A stretch of 20,000 bases of DNA from an uncultured Planctomycetaceae bacterium (GCA_963976765.1 CAXBME010000009.1:232416-252415); one strand, 5' to 3'. Positions 9,051 to 17,290 are shown, counted from the stretch's first letter. Notes: generated from the letters alone by a model not told the origin. A program made the numbers and translations.

Positions 9051-9144
9051 CCGACCGCGGCTGCGGGCTGTCCGTTGGGCGGCCCGCCGAGCGCCTTCTC
9101 TTTATCTATCAGAGCCGGAAGCAAATCCTGGGGAGTCTCAACAA

Positions 9145-9297
9145 ATGTCCCGACGCAAACACACGACGGTTTACAAAGGTCTCTTCGGTGAAAAGCACAT
9201 TGTCACAAAATATGACGATCCCAATGGCGACAGTGGCTGTCTCATGTGGATTGTGCTCGGAATTATCTTGTTCGCCCTCGCCCGCGGATGTTCATGA
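9145..9297 (+). CDS. 50-aa small membrane protein
   Basis: GGGGAG RBS before ATG 9145. MSRRKHTTVYKGLFGEKHIVTKYDDPNGDSGCLMWIVLGIILFALARGCS has one C-terminal TM helix. Confidence 0.55.
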   Translation: MSRRKHTTVYKGLFGEKHIVTKYDDPNGDSGCLMWIVLGIILFALARGCS

Positions 9298-9386
9298 GTG
9301 ACTGACGAAGGGTTGTCAATATCCGCCCGTCCAGTATTGTGTTCGTCAGTTTACTTTTTGCTTGTCGATTCGGAATGGAGTGTGTG

Positions 9387-10085
9387 ATGGAGATCATCAT
9401 TACTGACCTGACGCGATTCAAGAAACGGGACAACGTCTGTACGGCTGGTGTGACCCTCGATGGGGCCGTTGTCCGCCCCTGGCCCTATCTTCGTTTTGAC
9501 AACCTGGAAAAACTGGGTATTCACCCTGGAGGAGTTCTCCAGGGTGAATTTCAGAACCTGGAGAAGTCCGCGCCGCACACAGAAGATGCCTCTTACGGGA
9601 AACTGGTATTCAAAGGCCCTGCGACGAAACAGGCTTTCCGCCAGGTACTGGAACAGACTCTTTTTCCGGGACTGTGTGCAGGATTTGAAACGGAACTGAC
9701 GAGCGGCGAGAAGTGCATTCCGGTAGACACTCCGCCTCCGCGATCGCTGATCACGATCAGGATGGACCCCAAGGCATTTTCGATCGAACAGGATTCGTAT
9801 GACGTCAGTCGCCTGCGGGCACATTTCACCGATGAGACGGGGATGCGGATGGCGTATGTCGGTGTCACCGATCTTGGCTTTTTCGATTACGCGCAGGAAC
9901 ACGCAGCAAGCCCGGCAGATATCGCGAAGCTGGAGGAGTTCATTCAGTCGCAGGATGAACTCTTCCTGCGAGTCGGGTTGAGTCGCGTCCACAAAGCGCC
10001 CGACGGGCGCCACGGCTATTGGATTCAACTGAACGGCATTTATACTTTTCCCAATTACCTTGAGTACATTCGCTGCTACGAGTGA
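9387..10085 (+). CDS. Dual OB-fold domain-containing protein (putative)
   Basis: ATG 9387 behind GGAG. Motifs ITDLT, VCTAG, VRP, PHTED, VTD, LRVGLSR, WIQLNGIY resemble the dual-OB family as I recall it. Directly upstream of two DUF488 genes. Confidence 0.65.
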   Translation: MEIIITDLTRFKKRDNVCTAGVTLDGAVVRPWPYLRFDNLEKLGIHPGGVLQGEFQNLEKSAPHTEDASYGKLVFKGPATKQAFRQVLEQTLFPGLCAGFETELTSGEKCIPVDTPPPRSLITIRMDPKAFSIEQDSYDVSRLRAHFTDETGMRMAYVGVTDLGFFDYAQEHAASPADIAKLEEFIQSQDELFLRVGLSRVHKAPDGRHGYWIQLNGIYTFPNYLEYIRCYE

Positions 10086-10107
10086 TGCGTCAGGTTTTCG
10101 GATCGTC

Positions 10108-10719
10108 ATGAACGCGGACACGCTGTTTACCATTGGACATTCAAATCGGCAGCTGGATGAATTCATCGAGTTGCTGCAGTTACAGCAGATTACGGCCATC
10201 GCCGATGTCCGTTCGCATCCCAGCAGCAGATTCGCACCGCACTTTAATCAGGAAGCATTACAGGCAGCGCTCCGAGAAAATCAGATTGAATACGTGTTCC
10301 TCGGCAAGGAACTGGGAGCGCGTCGTGACGAGGCCGGTTGCTATGTCGATGGAGTTGCCCGATACGACCTCATCGAGCAGGCGCCGCTGTTCAGAGCGGG
10401 CCTCGACCGAATTCGCAAAGGGGCCGCAAAATTCAGAATCGCCCTGATGTGTTCCGAAAGAGACCCGCTGACGTGTCATCGGTCGATTCTGATCGCCAGA
10501 TCATTGCGGTGTGATTTCCAGATTCGACACATCGTTTCGAATGACGAACCCGAAAGTCACGAGGATGCAGAGCAACGGTTGCTGGCGATCTGGGGGCTAC
10601 CTGCGCGAGCACTCTTCCACGACGAAAACGGATTGCTCGACGAAGCCTACGCCAGACAGGCCAGGGAGATTGCCTGGGCCACTCACAAATCAGATCAGAC
10701 CACTGAAGGCGAAATGTGA
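10108..10719 (+). CDS. DUF488-family protein
   Basis: LFTIGHSN, IADVRSHPSSR, ELGARR, ALMCSERDPLTCHR. Start set at ATG 10108. Confidence 0.88.
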   Translation: MNADTLFTIGHSNRQLDEFIELLQLQQITAIADVRSHPSSRFAPHFNQEALQAALRENQIEYVFLGKELGARRDEAGCYVDGVARYDLIEQAPLFRAGLDRIRKGAAKFRIALMCSERDPLTCHRSILIARSLRCDFQIRHIVSNDEPESHEDAEQRLLAIWGLPARALFHDENGLLDEAYARQAREIAWATHKSDQTTEGEM

Positions 10720-11165
10720 CCTCGAATATTCAGACATACACAATCGGTTTTACAAAAAAGTCAGCCGAGGACTTCTTTTCGTTGCTTGCTGAAGCTGGTG
10801 TCAAACGACTGTTGGATGTTCGATTGAACAACAGTTCGCAACTGGCGGGCTTCGCGAAACGGGACGACCTGCGGTACTTCCTCAAGTCGATCTGCGGGAT
10901 CGAATATGAACACGTACCCGATCTGGCACCGACGAAGGACATTCTCGATGCCTACAAGAAACATGGTGGGGACTGGGAAGTTTACGAACAGGAATTCCTG
11001 GAACTGATGGCACGACGAGGAATCGCATCGCAACTTCAACCGTCGCAATTCGACGGAGCCTGTCTGCTGTGCAGCGAACACCTGCCGAAGCTGTGCCATC
11101 GACGACTGGTGGTCGAATATCTCGACCAGGAATGGGGGCAGGTCTCTGTGAACCACCTCACGTAA
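10716..11165 (+). CDS. DUF488-family protein (second subtype)
   Basis: YTIGFTKKSAEDFF, LLDVRLNNSSQLAGFAK, LAPT, LLCSEHLPKLCHR. GTGA start/stop overlap with the upstream gene. Confidence 0.88.
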   Translation: MTSNIQTYTIGFTKKSAEDFFSLLAEAGVKRLLDVRLNNSSQLAGFAKRDDLRYFLKSICGIEYEHVPDLAPTKDILDAYKKHGGDWEVYEQEFLELMARRGIASQLQPSQFDGACLLCSEHLPKLCHRRLVVEYLDQEWGQVSVNHLT

Positions 11166-11350
11166 GCAATCACCAGTCCGCCGTTCGATCGGCGAACGCG
11201 AGGGTCTGCTCACTGACCTGCCAAAAGTAGACGAGGGCGAAACACCGCCGATCAACTCATTGAGCGATAATCGTCGGTGGAATTGCGGCGTAGCGCCGCG
11301 GGCGTCTGTTTTCGCGTCACATTGCTCGTGATCGAGTAGACTCAGTCCGT

Positions 11351-12289
11351 ATGACCCGATCCGTTCCAACACAACATGGACCACTGCCTCACCTCGACAC
11401 GTTTTCAAAGGCGGCCGAGCTGGGTAGCTTTACGGCTGCTGGCCGTGAACTGGGGATTACGCAGGCGGCGGTCAGTCAGCGCGTGCAGGCTCTGGAGCGA
11501 TCCCTTGACGTGGCGCTTTTTGAGCGGAAAGGCGGTCGGGTCTCTCTGACAGAGTCGGGGACGCGGCTGTACGAGTACGCTCAGAGGATTCTGGATTTGC
11601 ATCGTGAGGCTCGGGTAACAGTGACCGGGGCCGAGTTGCCGGTTGAGGGCGAACTATTGCTGGCGGCCAGTTCTATTCCCGGCGAGCACCTGTTGCCGGC
11701 CGCTTTGTCGATCTTTCGGAGTCGGCATCCGGGAATCTCGGTAAGGGCGTCGGTGGAAGACAGCATGGCCGTGCTGGGGCATGTTGAGTCTGGACGCGTA
11801 CAACTCGGGCTCGTCGGCCGGCAGATTGAGAAGGCACATTTGCTTTTCCGGCCGTTTGCGTCTGATGAGTTGTTGCTGATTGTCGCGGCGGACAACCGTT
11901 GGAAACGACGGCGGAAGTTGCGTCTGTCGGATGTACTGCGGAGACCACTGATTCTCAGGGAACCCGGTTCCGGCAGTCGATGGTGCCTCGAACAGGCTCT
12001 GCTTCGAGTTGGACATAGCGTTGATGACCTCAATGTCGAACTTGAGCTGGGCAGCAACGAAGCGATCAAGGAAGCCGTTCTGAACGGAACTGGAGTCGCA
12101 GTGCTGTCACGATTCGCTGTGCAACGTGAGCTGGATGACGGGCGACTTCACAGCGTGAAGATCGACGATCTGGAACTGTCACGCAGGTTGTACGTTGTCT
12201 CGGATTCCCGGCGTGCGTTGCCTCGGCCCGCGCGAGCGTTTCTGCAGTTCGTGCTGGCACGCTGCGACCAGTTTCTGATGCCGGAATGA
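11351..12289 (+). CDS. LysR-family regulator (CysL-like / selenium-metabolism-associated subtype)
   Basis: HTH SFTAAGRELGITQAAVSQRVQALE; ASSIPGEHLLP; ILREPGSGSR; LGSNEAIKEAV. Confidence 0.92.
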   Translation: MTRSVPTQHGPLPHLDTFSKAAELGSFTAAGRELGITQAAVSQRVQALERSLDVALFERKGGRVSLTESGTRLYEYAQRILDLHREARVTVTGAELPVEGELLLAASSIPGEHLLPAALSIFRSRHPGISVRASVEDSMAVLGHVESGRVQLGLVGRQIEKAHLLFRPFASDELLLIVAADNRWKRRRKLRLSDVLRRPLILREPGSGSRWCLEQALLRVGHSVDDLNVELELGSNEAIKEAVLNGTGVAVLSRFAVQRELDDGRLHSVKIDDLELSRRLYVVSDSRRALPRPARAFLQFVLARCDQFLMPE

Positions 12290-12325
12290 GTATCCGCGGC
12301 GGGCACTCGTGCCGTCGCGCCAAGC

Positions 12326-12342
12326 CATAAGTTCAGCTTATG
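12326..12342. promoter_or_regulatory. LysR-type binding site (T-N11-A dyad)
   Basis: CATAAG-ttcag-CTTATG perfect dyad with T12328-N11-A12340. Lies between lysR and the desaturase gene. Confidence 0.7.
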
Positions 12343-12446
12343 CAGTGCTCGCGGGTATCACCATGCGCGACTCACGGGAGACACGAAGGCGGCGTTAGGC
12401 TTCTCGGCCCACCAATGCCAGACTCTCGTTCGATGAACTGAACTCC

Positions 12447-13307
12447 ATGACAGTTTTCATGCTCGCGGTGGAATCACTTGCGACTGACGCCGGCTGGCTG
12501 CCGCAGCTTGTCAGTATTCGGCTGACGCTGCCAATTGTCATGCTGGCGGCGCTCTGGGTGTGGGAAACCGCGAGTCCGTTCTTCGAGCTGTAAAAACAAC
12601 GCGGTCGGCACGCAATACGAAATCTGTCGATGGCGACAATGAATGCCGCCGTGATCGGGCTGCTGTTTGGGACGGCTACGGTTGTCGTATCAAGCTGGGT
12701 TGTTGAAAACCGTTGCGGGCTGCTGCAGTTCTCGGACGGTTTTGCTGAGGGCCGGTTTTTCGCGGGACTGCTCCTGCTCGATGGCTGGATGTACGTGTGG
12801 CACTGGCTGAACCACCGCGTTCCGCTGCTCTGGCGTTTTCACCGGGTGCATCACAGCGACCCGAACATGGACGTCACGACCGCGACACGATTTCATCTCG
12901 GCGAGCACATGATTTCGGCCAGCCTGAGACTGATGCTGATCCCGCTTCTGGGCCTGAGCATCTGGCAGATCGTCGTTTACGAAATGGCCGTCGTCGCAAT
13001 GACGCACTTCCATCACGCGAATATCTCGGTTGGACGAGCCGATCGCTGGTTGCGTTGTCTGGTGGTCACGCCGGACATGCACAAGGTCCACCACTCGCGA
13101 TGGCAACCGGAGACGGATTCCAATTACGCAGTCGTTTTATCAATCTGGGACCACCTTGCCCAGACGTTTCGGCTGTGTCCCAATCCCCACCGCATCAATT
13201 TCGGGCTTGATGAGTTCTCTGATGACCGATGGCAGTCGATTCGAGGCATGCTCAAGACACCACTGGCCAACACGCCTGATTCGCGGAGTACGGAATCGAC
13301 AGAGTAA
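12447..13307 (+). pseudogene. Sterol desaturase / fatty acid hydroxylase family gene with a premature stop
   Basis: His boxes HWLNH, HRVHH, HFHH, HKVHH. The frame extends upstream to ATG 12447 (…IVMLAALWVWETASPFFEL*KQRGRHAIRNLSM…) with an in-frame TAA at 12591-12593. Confidence 0.8.
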
Positions 13308-13384
13308 GCCTCAGGAACCCGGTCGTAGAAACGCCAGGTTTGCCGGCACCTACAGTCACTGTTCTCGATTTTCAAAAGAAAGCC

Positions 13385-13409
13385 TTGACTCCGTAGTGTG
13401 GTACGGAGT
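13385..13409 (+). promoter_or_regulatory. MerR operator with -35 element
   Basis: TTGACTCCGTAgtgtggTACGGAGT; 8-bp perfect arms ACTCCGTA/TACGGAGT. Close to the Tn501/Tn21 merO pattern TTGACTCCGTAC-N4-GTACGGA. No good -10 element. Confidence 0.85.
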
Positions 13410-13436
13410 GCTGTCTCAGGTACAGGAGACAGTGAT

Positions 13437-13490
13437 ATGACAACTGGCAGCGGAAGTCTGTCGATCGGGCAGTTGGCAAAGCGGGCCGGG
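13437..13490 (+). pseudogene. 5' fragment of a merR-family gene
   Basis: AGGAG RBS, then MTTGSGSLSIGQLAKRAG. Similarity ends abruptly; the frame runs into the antisense strand of the next gene and stops at 13530-13532. Confidence 0.78.
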
Positions 13491-13498
13491 CGACGATT

Positions 13499-15034
13499 TC
13501 AGTTGGGACCAATCCCCTCGTTTAGAATGTAGGCAACAACGCTGGCGAGTGATACGTCGGCGGCATGCTTCTTTATCACGTCGCGTGTTTCAGACGTTAA
13601 GAGACCGAGACGAGACAAGGCCAGAAGGGCCGAAAACTGCTTGAGCCGTGAGTCGTCGGACAAAGCCAGGTCCTCCAGTTGTTTCCGGACGTCGGCGTTG
13701 ACGCTTCCGGATTTGCCGAAGGCGACTGCAGCCTGAGCCGCCATCTCTGGTGAACCTGACCCCAACGCGCGCAGCAATCCGTGAGCTGCATCCTTGTTGG
13801 GAGGCTCGATGCGGTCGTCGTAACTGCGAAGCTGGCTCACAATCTCGTCCGCCGTCGAGGGCACGTTCTCGCCGTCTGTCGTGCAACCACTGACACCGGT
13901 CAGCGCGATCAATACCACCAGACCGGTTGCTGACTTGAGCAGCATTGATGGCGTCGTCGTCTGCCTGAGCGCGAACATCACCAGCACGGTCAGGCCGATC
14001 GTCGATCCAAGAAGAATCACGCCGGACAACACTGAACTGCTGAGCCACGGCTCGTCGAAGAATCTCATTGAGGCTGCGATTTCGATTCCAGTCCACGTGA
14101 CGATCGCTCCGCTCACGCTGTAACGAAGGGCCTGTGCTGTCCCGGGCTGGCAGGCTGTTCTCCAGATCATGTAGGGCGTCGCGGCGAAGATGACCAGCAT
14201 GACGGTCAACAGCGTGAATTCTCCAACTCTGCCCAGCATCGGGTCAGCCAGCCACAGCACGCTCGCATAACAGAACCAGACGGTCATGAAGTATTGAATC
14301 GTCGTCCGAGCGGCGTAGTTGTCGACACGGCCACTGGCTGCAGCGGATCGTGTGAGAGGCAGACGTCGACGAAACCATTGAAAGATCGCGCAGCGGTTCG
14401 ACTCGTGCAGCGTCAATCCGATGAGCATCGGAATGAGAAACACGGCAGACATCTGAATGAGAATTCCTCCGCCATGCGTCCCCATGATTCGTCCGTTGAC
14501 GACATCGAGGGCGCCTGCCAGTCCGATCCGCCGACCCACAGCATCCAAACCGAATTCGATCGCACCCAGCCAGAGGAAATGTCCGGTGAACAGGCCGATC
14601 AAAGATTGCATGCCATTGTCTTCGATCCATCGTCCCGACCACGCCATCAACGCGGCCAACCAAGTTAATCCCAGGACGACGGCCACCAGGAATGTGGAGA
14701 CCGGCTGGGCGTGAAGTTGCCGATCGGTCTCGCTGACCTGGCCTTCCGCGATTCTGGACATGGCGTCTTCGGCGGTCCCATGTCCAACCCACACAAGCGG
14801 CGCACCGTCAGTCTGATACAGCGTCCTGGAAACGTGCCGATCGACCGACACAGTTGCCTTGTACAATCGGTGTCCAGCGGCGGTGAGCGTCAGACACAGT
14901 CCCCAGAACAGGCCACCGATCAAAAGCCGTTTCGCCAGAGCGGGTGAATCTGTTGCCCGAGGCACAGGAGAGTGTTCTTCCGTCTGGCCGGATTCAGTTT
15001 CGGACGGGTTCGCTTTGTCGTGCAATGTACTCAT
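13499..15034 (-). CDS. Hypothetical polytopic membrane protein with C-terminal HEAT-like repeats
   Basis: 511 aa with roughly 9-10 hydrophobic segments, then LTGVSGC and a soluble helical tail (LLRALGSGSPEMAAQAAVAFGK; LKQFSALLALSRLG). Confidence 0.75.
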   Translation of the reverse strand: MSTLHDKANPSETESGQTEEHSPVPRATDSPALAKRLLIGGLFWGLCLTLTAAGHRLYKATVSVDRHVSRTLYQTDGAPLVWVGHGTAEDAMSRIAEGQVSETDRQLHAQPVSTFLVAVVLGLTWLAALMAWSGRWIEDNGMQSLIGLFTGHFLWLGAIEFGLDAVGRRIGLAGALDVVNGRIMGTHGGGILIQMSAVFLIPMLIGLTLHESNRCAIFQWFRRRLPLTRSAAASGRVDNYAARTTIQYFMTVWFCYASVLWLADPMLGRVGEFTLLTVMLVIFAATPYMIWRTACQPGTAQALRYSVSGAIVTWTGIEIAASMRFFDEPWLSSSVLSGVILLGSTIGLTVLVMFALRQTTTPSMLLKSATGLVVLIALTGVSGCTTDGENVPSTADEIVSQLRSYDDRIEPPNKDAAHGLLRALGSGSPEMAAQAAVAFGKSGSVNADVRKQLEDLALSDDSRLKQFSALLALSRLGLLTSETRDVIKKHAADVSLASVVAYILNEGIGPN

Positions 15035-15105
15035 GTGGATGATTCCGCTGGAAGTGGCATGTGGTGCGACTCACGCGGAGCGAGTCTCCGGCAGACGTTG
15101 TCAGC

Positions 15106-16209
15106 TCAGAAAGCGCCGACCACTTCGCTTCCGTTTCGTGTACTGAGTGACCGCCAGACAGACAGGTCGATCGAGTCACCGATGAAGCGAACACTGCCAT
15201 CGACAAATGCGACGTTTACTCCGCTGGTATGTCGGCTGCGCGCGGCCACCCAGCCGGGAGAAAACGAATAGTGAATGATGCAGTCAGAGCGTTCGCTGTT
15301 CGGCGGCAGGTACGTGTTGAAGAATCCGCTCATGTGACTGGCGGACGCCCACGTGTTGCCGCGGGTCACTCCGAAAGCGGTCGCGGACTGGCACGCGCTG
15401 TCAGACAGCGTCGAAGTCACCCACGGCATGAGCGCGGCCCAAGCATCTTCGGGATTCGCTGGTGGCGTCGACACGACGTAACCATCCATCGTCGGTCCAC
15501 CAGGGCCGAGCGTTGTTTCGGAAAACGCGATCGTGTTGGAGAGACCATCCGTGACGTCGCGGGGCCTCATTCGAGAATTGGCGAAGAAGACTCCATCGGC
15601 GTCCCGATCTGTTCCTGCCGGCCGGTCGGGTGTCGCGACCCCGCTTCCAAGACAGGCGACGTAATTCACGGGCCGGTAACGCTGATCGAGCACCGTTTCA
15701 CTGTCGCTCGGGCAGAGGTACATACTGACCGGCTTGTTCACGAGTTGCCGATGCTCGGGCAGGATTTGAAATGTCGGCGGCGCACCCAGCAGAGGTTTGT
15801 CGAGGTGCAGTTGATCATGCAGGTTGATCTGCTCGATGAACGGCAGCAGATTTGCAAACACACCCCAGGCCCAGTGGCCCTCTGACCACGTCGGCTGCAG
15901 GTCCCATTTCTGGCGGATCACGCCGGATGGGAACTCCTCCCGGCTGCTCTCGTGATTGTGCAGAGCGAGCCCTAACTGCTTGAGATTGTTCGTGCATTGC
16001 GAACGGCGTGCGGCCTCGCGAGCCGCCGGCATCAGCAGTGAGACCAGAATGCCGATGATCGCGATCGTCACGAGCAGTTCGATCAGTGTGAATCCACGGC
16101 GCTGCATTCCAAAGAGGGGGCCTGGCGTTGTTGCCACTGCGTCTGTCCTGATGCCGTGCAGCCTCTTCCCGTGATGACGCCTGTGCCGGAGTGTTTGATC
16201 TGCTGACAC
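15106..16209 (-). CDS. DUF1559-family prepilin-type protein
   Basis: GTG 16209 behind GGAGAA. RRGFTLIELLVTIAIIGILVSLLMPAAREAARRSQCTNNLKQLGLALHNH; YLCPSD; DGLSNT; SRHTSGVNVAFVDGSVRF. Confidence 0.93.
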   Translation of the reverse strand: MSADQTLRHRRHHGKRLHGIRTDAVATTPGPLFGMQRRGFTLIELLVTIAIIGILVSLLMPAAREAARRSQCTNNLKQLGLALHNHESSREEFPSGVIRQKWDLQPTWSEGHWAWGVFANLLPFIEQINLHDQLHLDKPLLGAPPTFQILPEHRQLVNKPVSMYLCPSDSETVLDQRYRPVNYVACLGSGVATPDRPAGTDRDADGVFFANSRMRPRDVTDGLSNTIAFSETTLGPGGPTMDGYVVSTPPANPEDAWAALMPWVTSTLSDSACQSATAFGVTRGNTWASASHMSGFFNTYLPPNSERSDCIIHYSFSPGWVAARSRHTSGVNVAFVDGSVRFIGDSIDLSVWRSLSTRNGSEVVGAF

Positions 16210-16243
16210 TGTTGTTCTCCCGCCTCAACCCTCGCGAGCCTTG

Positions 16244-16292
16244 ATGTAGCTGGTGCTACATTCTCCGGCACAGAATGTAGCACGAGCTACAT
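16244..16292. promoter_or_regulatory. Tandem MntR-type operators
   Basis: ATGTAGC-tggt-GCTACAT (16244-16261) and ATGTAGC-acga-GCTACAT (16275-16292), together forming a 21-bp-arm inverted repeat with 1 mismatch. The TAGC-N4-GCTA core matches enterobacterial MntR boxes. Confidence 0.82.
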
Positions 16293-16405
16293 GGACGTCA
16301 ACAGCTCGACGAGTTTTTTTCCGGCCTTGCCGCCGGGAATCTGAGGTGGTTCACTATCAGCCTCTAAATAGCCGAAATCCGGGATCACAATGGGACAGGC
16401 AGGCA

Positions 16406-16840
16406 ATGGACGGTCGACAGCGGGGCAAGGAACTGCACGAACGCATTCGCGACGATCACGCGACGGAACTTGCAGAGGACTACGTCGAAGCGATCGCCGA
16501 TCTCATTGAATCCGAGGGTGCGTGCCGGCTGATTGATCTGGCCGCCCATTTCGGCGTGACTCACGTCACGGCCAATCGCACGGTGGGACGACTGCAACGG
16601 GACGGCCTGGTCACGACCGAACCGTATGCCCCGATCGAACTTACGGCCGAAGGCTCCCGTCTGGCAAAAGCGTCCCGCCGCCGACATGAGATCGTGTACA
16701 AGTTCCTGCTGGCTCTCGGCGTGCGGAAGAAGACCGCCGCCGTCGACGCAGAAGGAATCGAACACCACGTCAGCCCGGAAACACTCCGAAAAATGCAGCA
16801 GTTCCTGAAGCAGTCTGCTGCGACGAGCCGAGAAAATTGA
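16406..16840 (+). CDS. mntR: Manganese-dependent transcriptional regulator (DtxR/MntR family, short E. coli type)
   Basis: HATELAEDYVEAIADL, HTH, LTAEG, RRRHEIV, DAEGIEHHVSPETL. No FeoA/SH3 domain. Start set at ATG 16406. Confidence 0.9.
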   Translation: MDGRQRGKELHERIRDDHATELAEDYVEAIADLIESEGACRLIDLAAHFGVTHVTANRTVGRLQRDGLVTTEPYAPIELTAEGSRLAKASRRRHEIVYKFLLALGVRKKTAAVDAEGIEHHVSPETLRKMQQFLKQSAATSREN

Positions 16841-16876
16841 GACCGACCGCCTCGGTGAATCATCAATGCCACGGCA

Positions 16877-17290
16877 TCAGCACGTTGAATGCAGACCTTC
16901 CACCACGTGACAGCAATCGGATTTCTTCTGCTGCCGGCATTGCTCCAGTGCTGACTTCAGAACTTTGCGAACGTGACGCAGGTCTTTCAGTCGCTCCTCG
17001 ACATCGACCAGCCGGTCTTCGATCAGGCCCTGCACGGCTCCGCATTTGGGGGCCGATCCGGATTCGTCGGCCAGCAGGGCTCGCGTGTCTTCGAGCGTGA
17101 AACCGATTGCCTGAGCGGCTCGGACGAACTTGAGTTTTTCGAGTGACGCTCGACCGTAGAGCCGGTAATTGCCGGCACTGCGGTCTTCCGGTTCAACCAG
17201 TCCGATGCGTTCGTAATAACGAACCGTCGTCGTGGGAATGCCGGCCTTCTCGGCGAGCTGGCTGATCGTCAAGTGGCTGCCGGTGCTCAT
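16877..17290 (-). CDS. MerR-family heavy-metal-responsive regulator
   Basis: LTISQLAEKAGIPTTTVRYYERIGL, GNYRLY, AQAIGFTLE. Cys at the start of the dimerisation helix (PKCG) plus C-X7-CC loop, the divalent-metal (MerR/ZntR/CadR) pattern. Confidence 0.93.
   Translation of the reverse strand: MSTGSHLTISQLAEKAGIPTTTVRYYERIGLVEPEDRSAGNYRLYGRASLEKLKFVRAAQAIGFTLEDTRALLADESGSAPKCGAVQGLIEDRLVDVEERLKDLRHVRKVLKSALEQCRQQKKSDCCHVVEGLHSTC

Noticed and set aside
12591..12593. Stop-codon recoding (Sec/Pyl) next to a selenium-associated LysR
   Set aside because: The codon is TAA and is not at a Cys-equivalent catalytic position.
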